DNA of 64,000 nucleotides. Source: Blasia pusilla (taxonomy: Eukaryota). Each line of letters starts with the position of its first letter. Position 1 is the first letter of the stretch. The notes beneath the pieces were generated by a model. The model was not told the origin of the DNA and searched no databases. It saw nothing but the letters and a program-made list of their open reading frames with translations. The DNA lies in NCBI GenBank assembly GCA_050084515.1, contig CM114271.1, positions 26,350,001-26,414,000 of the forward strand. The letters are read 5' to 3'. Made by a program: the position numbers and the translations under genes. Shown here in pieces: positions 23,831-36,455 of this stretch.

Positions 23831-26800
23831 GTGGCAAACTCAAAAAATGAATATATAGAACACTCATAAGGCCACTTACAAATCAAGTAGCGATGGAATA
23901 TGAGAGCTCATCAAGGAATATACATATATGCATCTAATAAATGAGATATTTCTTTATGAAAGTAAGAATCCATCAATTAGAAACGCTTAAATTTTCTTGA
24001 GAAATAATGTGAAAGGTGGTTAAATGGGAATTTATTGTTTCTCTTCTATCTAGCTCTATTTTTTGAAATTTTGAAAAAAAATCAATACAATATCTCCAAA
24101 TAATTTAAAGTTTTTCCTAGTAAATTAATTTTCTTCCTCGTCGATGCAATCATGTTTTTGAAACATATAAGAATCCTAGGGAACTCCTATTAAAATTAGC
24201 ATGTACTTAAGAATAGATCATTTTAAACTTGATGAGAATGAGTTTCATAGAGCTAAACTATAAAAATCTCCATGAATGCCTTGATGGTATTTCTATTAAA
24301 AGATTCCTAGAAAATAAATTTAAAAGAGAAATTTTCCTTGAATAAAATTTATTGTAAATTATAATCCATGTAAATCATTGTAATCTTCCTCTTTGGAGAT
24401 TTTTTTTTGTAGGAAAATACTTGCCCACTCATGTATTGGAGAATTTCAACAAAGTAAATTTTTGTAGAATCAAAAAGTTTTTCATGAAAAAAGAGACCAA
24501 AATATGAGTAATTCATGGAAGAATTTCAAAGACAAAGAAACAAATAAGATTATAATGGCTCATGAATAAAACATGACTAACATAAATTTTCAACATTTTG
24601 GTATGGTGAAATATTTGTTAAATTCTGTAATTATCAAAATTTCATTCTTTTTAAAATATCTCAATTATTTCATCTCATTGAAAAAATTGAAGTATTGGTA
24701 ATTTTTTTAATAATTTACTTTAAATAGATTGATGAGTCCTTGCATTTTTTGAAATTTTGAATGGTTTGACTTCTTGATATTATAAAAATAATTTTACCAT
24801 AGAAATAATATTTTTTTAAGGAAATGTAATCACTCACAACTTCCGTAGATAATTACCAAAATCGGATAAGCACATACCTCAAAGATAATTTTATTGGGAA
24901 TCTTCATTTCTTTTATTACTTATACTCAAAAGAAGGACAACGTGAGCTATAATTTTACAACAAATTCTCATAATTCCTTAGACTTAGAAGGAAAGCAGAT
25001 GGAAGGTCAATTTTTTTATCTTTCATATTGATTAAAACTTATAGTTTAAAATGTTGAACTATATTAATTACCATCAAGAAGACTATTTTTTGCACTTGAC
25101 TTTCAGATGTTGACCATAGAATTGGTATCATGAACACGTTGTCGTCAAGCTTTTACTTATTTAATCATTTAAAAAAAAAAAATCATTTTAAAACTTACAT
25201 GCATCAATTTAATACCTTAATGTGAGCCGGAGGGGGGGAACCCTAAACTAAAAAACTCACAAGTTTTTATGAAGGACTAGCAAATTCCCTCGTAAAGATG
25301 GTGTGGAATCAAATTTACTTTTCACGTACAACCACGTTGAGTGGGCAGTTATTTTATATTTCTCTCCTCATTAATTACTAAATACAACCATGGAATAAAA
25401 TCCCACTTGATGTAGATTATAACCTCGCGGATAAATGGGAGACCAGTTTGGGAAATGGTGCATTAGTACAAAACTGACCGTATCATTTGTGAGTTTGTAC
25501 ATTGGAGCTCTTTACTCATGACTTTGGCAGTACAATTTATCCCTTTAGGCGTTTAGATGAAAAGTCCGTTTAGTGTCCTTTATTGTCCTTTCTTGCTCCG
25601 ACATAGCATGAAACAAAGTAGCTGTCTCATTGACAAAATAAACATACCTTTCTGATGGAGTTTTTTTATCGTAGCGTCGTACGGGGCTTTATATATTCCT
25701 TGTTTATATTCTTCATGATTCAGTGTAGTACAAAGCCATTATACTTTCCATTTTATATTTCCACTCTAGTGTGGGACTTTTATTTCCGTTGCAACGGCCC
25801 GCCAGTGGAAACTTAAGTCTGCAGTTTCAGTGCATGTTTTAGACATTACTTACACATAAATAACAAACTTTTTTTGATTAGCATCTTAATCATTGAGGTT
25901 TCAACCCTTCAGCGGTGAATTGAGGCCCCCGTTCTTTCACATTAAGAATACAAAAACGCATGTAGAATAGAATTAAAATAATCTTATCTTTAATCGTCAA
26001 TCGAATAAATGAGACCTATCTTCCAGCTTCAAGTCTCCACTACAAGAAAGACACAAGATTTTGTAGGATTTTAATTGACAAGAAATATTCGAAGTCTCGT
26101 TGTTCCACACCCAACGCGAGACCATCAACCAATAGTCAAGTACGAAAATATCAAGAGAGATGGGATAGATCAACAAATTACAAAATAAATTACAATCATA
26201 ACTTACTTCATCCACATATGCAAAACTGGTGAACCTATCGTGAGTCAGTTGACACATGAGAACTGAATCTCTAATTCTATTGAGTTTAAGTACAATTCCT
26301 AAGTCAATGAAGATCATGCGTAGGCTGCGGTCATGTGTGTCTCTTCTATCAAAGTTATCTAACGAAAAGTTGTCATCTGGAGACAGTCATAGCCTTCATT
26401 CTGGGAGGCTCCATGCTCCACTTCACTTCTTGACTCCACTTCTTCCAAACTCTAGGTGCCGCACGACCCTATGGGATCAATGCTTCTTCATCTCTAGATC
26501 TACGCTAACAAAGCCCAACTGAACCGAACTATATAGATAGCGATGCTCTATATAAAAGTAGGACTTGTGGGGGGGAAGGGGGAAGGGGGATCTCCTAATC
26601 CTTAGTACTCCAAGTGCTCGAAATGTTGCAGCCTCCTGCATCTCGCATCAGCCATGACATAATCTACAAAACCCACAAGGACTTCAGTATTAGAATCCAC
26701 CACCCACCACAACTTCAATATCAGGATCTGCATGCATTCTGCTCCTACTCGAGAGCCGAACACTAATTCAAGGCGTGATTCTACATGCCCTTGAATTCTG

Positions 26801-27861
26801 TTTTGGAAATCAGAACCCCATGAATTTGAAGAAGAGGAAGAATCACCTCAATTGCAGTTAGAAAGTAGAAGCCATATGAACTTGAGAGATGGATCTACGT
26901 GTATGTACACTCCTATACTACTTTCAAAGACCATCCATCACAATGTAAGCCACGATAAAAGTTCCTCCGTCCCTATCCAGAGAGTAGAACACGGAAGTCT
27001 GACTTACAGAATTCTAGGTACAAGCAGCAAGTCCGACAGACCTCCACAGGCTTCTATAGAGCCCAGAGACAGATAGGTAGTAGTTTCAAAGCATGAATTC
27101 ACCAAGTACCTTCGTCTATAGCTGCATCATGTTAATGGATGAAATTGTTGTATGACTTCAAAAAGCTACAATCTGATTTACCCCTCTTTCCATCATCTAT
27201 GAACAAATTACATATACAGCTGTTCAGTGGTGTAAGTAAGGGGAACTATATGATGGCAGGTACTGAAGGGTAGTCGTTCGTAGCTCCAAATGATAGTTAG
27301 GCAGGAGAACTCACCACCTGTACAGATAGTAAATAGATTTGAAGGCTCGGGAGGAATGGGCATGAAGAGCAAGGGTTTGGTTACAGATGTAGAGCACCCA
27401 ATGTAGTGAGGAGAGGAAGAATCCAAGGATCCAATAGTTTTCAAGAAATCTAGATGACTTCAATAGTAGAATACATTACCTCGGACAATGATCACGACCA
27501 GATACTCATCACACGATAGAGTATGAAAATCCAGTCCTGCTTCAAAGGCAACCACCACCCGTGACACTTAGTTTGTATAGTCTCTGACTAGCCAGCCAAT
27601 AGCCAGCATTTACAATCGCAAGTCCTCACAATTAAGCATTAGCCGATATTTATCAAAGACCCTCTTGATGGCATCTGAAATAGAAATAAGGGGTCATAAA
27701 CTACTCCATCCCTCCCTTACTCCTGGAGTCTTGACCTACCCTCCCTATAACTAGAGTTTGATTTTTTGTCAAGACATCAAAATTTGAGGCCAACTGGATC
27801 GGAGAGGATAGATAGAGGAGCATACCAGACACAAAAATTCACATACGATCCAAGTTGCATC

Positions 27862-28847
27862 TTACAAAATATTATGGTGAGGGTCATAGATAGAGGGCCC
27901 AAAGCTCCCCGGTCTTAATGCTTGCAACTCTGGGAACTTGAGATCAGTCCCACCGGACCTAGTGCCATCGCCTCCATCACTTCCATGCTGCTGCAAGAAC
28001 TCCACAGCTCGTCCTTGCTGTTGACCACCCCCAGAAGACCCTTCTCGAATTGTCGCTGGGTTCTCAAGAAGAGCCAGCATCTGATTTTGATGTCCTTCTA
28101 ACTGACCTCCTGACATGTTTAAAGTAGAGGAACCAAATGGGGCAGAGTTGTCTCGATTATGCCCCGCTAAATTACCTAACATCCACTCCGATCCACTCAT
28201 GTCTCTAGAGTGTATATTTGGGAGTAGGTTTTGAATTGATGTGGAGTATACCTGCCCTGAGGATGTACCACCAGCAGACGTAACTTGGTGACTTGTTCCT
28301 TGTGCATTTTTTTCAGGTATAAGATGTTGAAGATTCATTGATGGTCTGCTCACATTTTGAGTTAAGTCAGACCTTGAACCGGTGGGCCTTAACCAAGGGA
28401 CAGAGGCCTCAATTCCATTGTAATTTTGACCTGAGGAGCTCCTTTGAACCTGATTTCCAAGTCCCAATCCTCCACCTAATGAGGAGAGTGATAAGTTTGG
28501 GCCCGTTTGCCCTACTCCATGTAAATATTGCTGATATACAGCCGCCTCCTGTGAGTTTCCTGGAAGAATGGACAGCTGACGCTTAGCACTTTGCATCATA
28601 AGAGGAATTGGAGGTGCTAAAGACATGGCCGATAGTATGGCTTGAGCGTCCGGACAGGACATTGAACTAGTATGGGAGTTAAGCATCACCCCATGCCGCT
28701 CATCAGGTCGGCCAAACCCGGCTGAAGTTCGAAGTTGCAAATTATTACCAACAGAACCAGTCTTGTCATCGGAGTCTTCCAATGACGCTGAGCTTGGTGA
28801 GCCGGATGTTTTGAGATGCATTAACATTGACTTCTGATCTGCTGAGG
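27862..28847 (-). CDS. SPL: SPL gene B exon 3
   Basis: AAAACAG|CC TCA GCA GAT; in-frame alternative acceptors would start the exon at 28841 or 28838; open to TAA at 27864-27862. Confidence 0.88.
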
Positions 28848-31316
28848 CTGTTTTGATAAAGAGAAATAACAAGGCCCAGCAAACCCATTAACAAGTATCA
28901 GTGTCATGAAAGGATTCGACACTCTGGCACTAAACATGAGCATTTTAAGGGACTGAAAACAACCCTAGCTTTTGGGTCTCTAGTTATCACATAACAAATC
29001 ATGCCCGCATGTCAATGGAGTCATCCACTTTCTGCCGTCCAATAGTTAGACTAAGATTTCCACATAGGAGAGGAGAGTAAGGTAGTGAGTCTTCGATTAT
29101 GATTTGTCTAATCATGAAGCCTTTTTTTTCTAGTTAGCACACGAGTCTGAATATGGCTAACCTACCTTGCAAGTAGCCTTCTTAGATGGTGTACAAGTCT
29201 ATCCATATATTTCTGATGGGCATTGGCCACCAATCTTTGGAAGGAATTTAGAGCAGAAGGGTTGAAGGTCCTGATTCTATAAACCAAAGACGTTCTTGTT
29301 AATGTGGAATACAAACATCAGACAAGTATCAGCTCACCAGATGTGCGATTATCTTGTTCCTCACTCTTCAAGGCAATAGAGTCACCGGTGGTTCCACCAG
29401 TTGAAGCAGTGGGCTGTGGCTTGCGCCTGCGACGATTGTGGTCTGCAAGGCGCTTTCTGCAGCTCCTCTTGCCCTCGTCAAATTCGGTTAGAAGATGAAA
29501 TCTGCAAATACATAGCACGACTTGGAAACATGTTTTCAGTAAGGAGATCAGAAATTTGTGAATGGTAGGCCCACACTCCTCCAATTCAATTAGGATGTGT
29601 GGGAGCAGTGCAATATTCTTAACTGTACATTGCTGAAACGAAATTCACAACATGGTCGGAGCAAAGAGCTCACACTCAGCTAATTGTCAGGCTGAGTACT
29701 ACACTCCTACGAGCTCATCACTCTGCACCTAAAAGGCATGTACACACCCACTCTTGCACATCCCAATCACTTTGCCTACACGCTCAGTATACTCTTCCTC
29801 CTTCAGCAAGAGTTCTAACATACGTGTCCACGACTGTCACTGAAAAGAAGCAATGTAGGCCCTAGTGAAGTAGATCGTTATTGAGCATCTTCTACAGACT
29901 CGACAGTATGAGGCATGAACCATTAGTCGAACTAAATCAAACCTGGAGTCGGATCTGGACACTCGAAATGCGGTCCAGAGATAGGGAACCTCTATACAAC
30001 CCTAAATGCCCAAAAGCAAGGAAGCAAGCTGCGTCTAATACTCTGTCGTCGCATCTACTTAAAGCTGGTCCTATCCAGTACATTGAATTACGTCACTTCC
30101 GGACAAACGAAAGGCAAAATCTGTAACTAAATTTAAAACACTCGCAATAAAAAATAGTGGCAAGAAAGACAAGAAGAACGCACGACGTTTGCGGCTGATT
30201 TGATACAGTCGCAATATCCAGTTTCCTGGAACCAAGGCTCAAGAACCGGAACTAACAAATACCCTCATCTGGAAGAGGCAGACATCCACATGCAGTCCCA
30301 AGTACCTCCTGTCAAGTGCTTCCTGCTTTCATCAAGCGCTTGCTTCAAGTTGGTTCTTGCGGAAGTCCCAGCGCGGGACCTGCCCGCACTCTATGACACT
30401 GATGTGGCCACTTCGGCAGCAGCAGACACATTTCCTTTCGGAAGACACTCTAGAGGAGTCAGCAGGGTCCAAGGGAAAGCTCCGGAGAGGATTCTGACCT
30501 GCTGCATTGCTGGCAGAACCGTTGTGTATGCCCAGCTGCTATCACATCCGCCGCCTTGGAGTGTAATTCGCAAACTTTGTGCCGGCGATGATAATGCTTG
30601 GCGGTGCTCAGGTCTGCTTTACATCCCTCGGCCTGACACATGGGTACCTGCGAGCCGGGTGAATTGGAACGATGCCTCTTGACGAGACGTCCTGCTGCAG
30701 TGTCCTCGGTGGAAAAGTAGGTGCGCACCCCAAGATTGAGCCCTATTCGAGCTCCATGACCGTCACTTGCACAAACCTCCTCTCGCTTCACGTGGATGTC
30801 GTTCGTATGGCCTTTCTGTTCCAAGTCCATGACCCCAAAATACTGCCTCCGCCTTGGTTCGTACGAAGATCGTATATCGCCATGACCCCCGCTTGTCGGA
30901 GCAAGACCGGGAATTCCGGGGATACTGGAAGAGCTCATAGCTCCATGCAATCCAGAGGAGGTCGTGATACTTGTCGAATCCATGCCTGCAAAGCTCCGAA
31001 TGCCCGATGAGCTGAAAATCCCCATAGGGTTCTGTGAAAAGTTGGATGGAAATCCAGACGACAGAATGCCTGTGTAGGCACGAAGGCTGGAGGCCATTGA
31101 TCCAGTGATTGGAGACTTTCGGTCAGCATCACCATCATTCGCACCACCACCCGGGTGCTGTGCCAAAATCATCGGATTATCCCACTCCCAGTCAAGCCGA
31201 TTTCCGGTGTATGGTCGAGTACCTTCCAGGCCAGATACCGAACCTGGTTGATCCCAATTCTCTGCCGCCCAATTTGGTTCTCCTTGCTCCTCCGAGGTAT
31301 TAGCAGAAGGGTTCAT
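27862..31316 (-). CDS. SPL: SBP-box transcription factor, SPL8/clade-III-like (gene B; probable orthologue of Marchantia MpSPL1); complement(join(27862..28847,29338..29501,30499..31316)), ~655 aa
   Basis: SBP domain [28 protein letters not shown]...[41 protein letters not shown]8-type motifs LDWEWDNP and [17 protein letters not shown] introns; spliced length 1968 nt, in frame, ends TAA. No miR156 site seen. Confidence 0.94.
29338..29501 (-). CDS. SPL: SPL gene B exon 2
   Basis: TTTGCAG|A TTT CAT ... TCT G|GTGAGC (phase 1). Confidence 0.93.
30499..31316 (-). CDS. SPL: SPL gene B exon 1
   Basis: ATG at 31316; ends TGC AGC AG|GTCAGA (phase 2). Confidence 0.92.
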
Positions 31317-34300
31317 CCCATATGCCAGCAGTGAGCGGCAGGGAGAGAGCTTGGCAATGATAACTTACGGCGGGGACAATTGAACTAAACGAAGTCGATC
31401 AACAATTGGCGAGTTGAACTCACTGCGGCCCTCCGACTGGGATGACGGTGGCAGCAAGTGATGACGTCCGTCTGGCAGATTGGACGTTCTGGTTGAAAGG
31501 ATATCTCTCTCTTATTCTCTGAGACTCGCTTCAACTCTCATATTAACAGCTCCGATGAAGACCACCCGGGGCCTTCGTTTCTCTTCGCCCAGAGCAGACA
31601 GTCGTGACTCGAGAGTTGTCGCACTTGCTAACTCGGAAAGAAGCTATCGGCCATGATCTCCACCTGTTGTCTGCCATCCAATCAATCAATCCTCCAGAAA
31701 CTATAAGTTACGTTCCGGCTCCAGTTTCGAGCGCATGCAATAGCTTACTAAGGAGCCTTGCTCATCCATTGACTGTGTATAAAATGCATCAGTGCCGCCC
31801 AGCTGAGAAGACGGTGAGGGAGTGACAGTAGCACGCGAAGGTGAAGAAGAAACAAGTATCCGATGACCACAAAGGGTTCGCTGATTTCGCTGAGCACACG
31901 TCCGTTTTGACTAGAGGAAAGCTGTACAAGAGCGACGTGTACTGCGTGATTTGATGGCATGACCCGTGCTTCCTCCTCTCTGTGCAAGCATCGTCCGCTA
32001 TCCAAACATACCTCTTCGCCCTCGTATTCCCTGAGTAGCCAACTTCCGAGAGACACTACTTGGAAATAAATATATTTCGCGCCGGTATCATACACTGCAG
32101 CATTCCAACGAAGACATGGACTGAGCATCACTTTCCAAAACCGACTGCGTACTGACGACATTCGTTTACACTTCTCTTCAACTGAAGAGTGGGAAGGAAA
32201 TCACGCGAGAACATTACAGTAAGCGATAATGGATCCTGACCACTTCACTAATGCAGAACTATTACCATTTCCGCTGGTGGAGTCGACCACATTTCTGACT
32301 ACCATAGACCATGATTAGACAATCGAACGTGCACAAGGGCAGACATAGTAAGCAGAAACGAGGAGCTCCAACACAATCCACATTTCCGAGGGGAGTATCA
32401 CTCGAGAGACGAAGGTACAGATCAACCGATCTGTCGTGAAAAATGATGGGCTACTGCTGCCATTAACCATCGTCAGAACTGGGCGGGGCGGTCAAACTGC
32501 CGAGTTGAACTATTCGGAGACAAAATGTTGAGAAAATCGTACGCATGGACACAGACAAGGATACAGCAGTGGAGTGGTTCGCGTGGAGATTTTCCCAGTG
32601 ACTACTCAACCTAAACAAAGCCCAGACAAGCACCTTGTAAGCCCCATCGAGCAAAGCATTCTAATGGTAAACCCCCAGAGGTAGCTGGAGGGACTAGAAA
32701 TCACATCAGCTAAAAGCGTCGCGAGCTAATCAGATGACCTCCGGAACAATCCCGTTATTCTCTCTTCCTTCGAATTGAAGCAGATACGGTGTACCGGAAC
32801 TCAGAACCCGCCTGAGTCCCTTGTTAGCAGAGACTCACAGTGGAACATACCCCGATATATTGCAGGACAAGATACTGTGGGAGCTTTCAGAGATTTGGAC
32901 GAGGTTCTCTCTGGACGTCGAGGGCCATTCCCACGATGTAGCTCCTAGATCATGATAAGATGAACACACAGCTCATGTGATAGGCGAGTGGGAGGACAAA
33001 AACTTGTTGTCGGCCTTCATCGACCCCTGATCTTCAATGAGCAAAATCTGAAACCTCATGACCTAGAACATATTAAATAGGCCTGCTGCTATTCTCCCCC
33101 ATCCACCATCGCACCGAATGTTAGCCCGAGTCTCCCTTCCTCATGTTGCTACACACTCTCGTTTCCCCGCAAACTCGTGGTCGCTCCCAAGTCGGCAGGC
33201 GTCCTACACCGTCTGGAATCGCTGACCCAGGAACCAGAGAGCGGATGTAGAGCTATCCTAATGTTGACTATCATTTCCTACCCGCCGCTCTGAAAGAACA
33301 AGATCTCGTCTAGTAGAAAATGACCACAATGCTCTCTATCTAATGACTGGGGAAGTGAGGCTATCGATGTCCAGTTCCACGGTTCAGTCCCCGGATCGTG
33401 TACCCAGAAGAGTTTCCTTGAGCAGATTCGTCGGAGAACACGGCTCGTCCACTGCTGGGCTGACTGTGTATGCCTTCACACCCAGGCGACAGACCGGAGA
33501 CTAATCGATCGTCCCATGCTGCCTGGCCAGAACCCACCTTCCCACTGCTAATAGGTCAACCTCGCAATGCCTCAACCACTTTTGATGGGCCGTTCGCTCT
33601 CGATGACAAGTCCGAAAGCGCTTAAAGTGACTGGCTCCAGACGAGACAAGGACATGTGACCGTTCTCGACATCTTGAGTGAATATGTCAATTGCGATCCG
33701 AGCAAAGTCAATTTCAGGATCTGCGACGGTCTGGGCTGGCTGGCTACAACTTCCATCAGCACCGCGGGAGTACAACACTGCGAAACCACTCTATCTTATC
33801 GTGGAAGAAATTGAAGTGACAACTTCACCGAACACACTCACTCCAGAAGGCTCAGCTCGCCTCGGACCTCACCGGTCAGGTGCACACAATCGGCGGTAAG
33901 GTGCATGAGAGGAAGTGGGACCAACACTCTCCTTTACATCCATACAGTCGAAAAGACACCGCGATGAGCTCGCGTGCTCCCCCAACAATGGACAACACCG
34001 CAACGATTCCAGCTTCTTGTCTCCTTTCTCTCACTCACACTGAGGTGTGGTGCAGACGAGGAAAGGCTACCGACCGGGGAGAGAATGGAGCCCCGGGTAC
34101 CCAAGGACGGACCAAGGAGCCGATGCGATAGTGCAGGCTGAGGTGGGGCGAAGAGGAGAAAGGGCAGTGAGCGAGAGAGAGGGGACCGGGAGACGGACGT
34201 CGACTGGTGCGGTACCTCTGTTCTGCTGGGGCCGGCGTCTCCAGGGAGGGAGTCCGAGGGACTGGACTTACTACAGCCCGGAGAGAGCGGGCGGGAAGTA

Positions 34301-34780
34301 GAGTGCAGATGGGCGAAGAACACCAACGAAAGAGGGAGGGGGAGGGAGGGCTTGTTGGTTGGCTGTACACAAGGATATGCCTTGCCTTGCCCTGCCCTGC
34401 CCTGCCTGCCTGCCCGCCCGCCTGCCCTGAAGGAGGAGGAGGACCGGACTCTGGAGGATGATTGAAGACGGCGGACATCGACGCAGGTGGGGCAGGCGAG
34501 AGAGAGAGAGAGAGAGAGAGGGACTTGAAGGGGCCCCCGTAAAGAAGGGTGCCCGGAAGACGTGGGAATCGCGAGCAAAATATAGCGGCGGGAAAATCCG
34601 TTTAGCTGTCCGGAGGAGTGCCAGAGAGAGGCAGGTGTCGGCTACGTGAAAGGAAAAATGAAATGAAAAGAAAAGAGAAGGTGGCAGGGGAGGGCAGAGA
34701 ACGGAGGAGAAGGCCAGGGCCAGGCTTGGAGGGGCCCTCCCTCTGGAAAACGTCGGCGCGATACACATCATACGGCGACC

Positions 34781-34833
34781 CATTTTCTAAACGCCCCAGG
34801 CTCGGGGAAGCTGCCTGGGGCGTTTAGAAAATG
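34781..34833. repeat. Perfect 21-bp inverted repeat with an 11-nt loop
   Basis: CATTTTCTAAACGCCCCAGGC-tcggggaagct-GCCTGGGGCGTTTAGAAAATG; the arms are exact reverse complements. Confidence 0.95.
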
Positions 34834-36236
34834 TCGGTGTTGTGCAGAGTAGGAATAAATGTGATGCTCAGAAGCGGTTCGGTCCAGGAAGCTCATGGCC
34901 CAGGGAACCCCGGCCTCCGGGGTGGGGCATGGGCGACCGGGAACTGGGCCCAGCTACATTTCTGCGTCCAATGAAATGCCCCGTATGTTCGCGATACCCA
35001 TGCCCCAATGTCACAAGCTTCCATTGCAACCAAATTCTATTCCAGGCAGCTGCACTCCCACATAAATACAACATTGCACTCTGGGCCTTGGAAAGGTCGG
35101 CCCATATGTACAGGAGAAGGCGAGGTCCTGTCGGAAAGCGTCCGGCCTGATTTGGTGCCCGAATGCTAGGAATGCGGAGGCCCCTTCTCCACTGATGATG
35201 GCTAGGAATTTTCACCAGAGCAGAGCGCCGTCGCCGCCAGATAGCCTAATGACTCCTCTTGAGGCGCAAGAAGTGAACAGTGCAGCCGAGAGATTTGCGG
35301 TTGGGACGGTACAGTCGACCCTTTTCGTGGCACCGGGCGGCTCGGCCACAGATGGATGGAGAGAGAGAGAGAGAACGCCTATTTCCCGAACTCCCAGCGC
35401 TGAATGCCGAGGTGCCACTGTGATTAAGAATGTGACGAGGCTTACCTCCCCCGGTTACTCGTTGCCGGGTGGCGTGGTCCCTCCCCGTCCGAAGTTTGAT
35501 ATCCCTCGCGGACTGGCCTGAGCTAGAACGTCAGGAAACCGGTGGCAGGGACCTCCGCCCTCAGGGTCCGGTCGGGGCGGGGGAAGACTTCGCGGGAGTT
35601 CGAGGCCAAGTACGCCGTGAGCGGCCGCTGGGTTCGCGTTCCGGTTTCTTCCCTTTCGAAGACGAGGACGTTATACCGTATATGAGGGTCCGGGGGACGG
35701 CTTGACTTTCATGCCGGGCATTCATAGTGTAGCAGTCATTTTTTCTTTTCCTCTCTCCTTATCTTCTGCTGTCGTTCGAAACCCCACCCCACATTTCTCC
35801 ATCGGAGGAAGAGGGGGAAAAAAAAAAGAAAAAAAAGTAGCGGACCACTTGCCACTACCCATCGTCAAAGTTGTGTTCGAAGCCACCACAAAAGTTATCC
35901 ACAAACCTCGTCCACACGTCAGACGAAACCGGGGCCACATCACTTGCGTCCGGACGGACAGCCTTGTGGTCCCGCCCTCATGAGCAGCCCAGCAAGTACC
36001 TCCGCAACACGGGTATTTTCCCTCCCCTTCAACCCGTCATTCTCCTCCCTCGTCATCAGCACCAGCCAGTTACCGGAGCTGCCGGTAACGAAGCCATCCT
36101 TTAGTGACAAACGGAGCCCCCGGCAATGGACGCGGAACAAGCCGACAGCCGGGGCAGGTGGAAAATTCTAGCGAAGGGGACGGGTGGCTGGTAGCTTGGT
36201 GGTACTGCGTCAAATTAGGAAAGCGTTTGGACACGA

Positions 36237-36455
36237 CACGTGGCAGCACGTGCCTGGACATCGTACGGACCGCACCTACTTACATCTTACTTTTGCGGGT
36301 GATCACGACGGCGCGCGCCGCGCACCCTTCGCTGGGCTGGAGGGGCCACCACTTCGTTGCCAGGCTGCACTTGACGCGACGGGTTTTTACTCTGTCCCGT
36401 CACCCAGCGGCTATAGTGACTTCCGGCACCATCGCCACTAGCTTTCTGTCACGTG
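36237..36455. promoter_or_regulatory. G-box (CACGTG) cluster
   Basis: CACGTG at 36237, 36247 and 36450; another at 37885. Confidence 0.45.

Noticed and set aside
27862-31316. Target site of a liverwort-specific miRNA in gene B
   Set aside because: Reported for the Marchantia clade-III SPL, but I cannot recall the miRNA sequence reliably enough to place a site.
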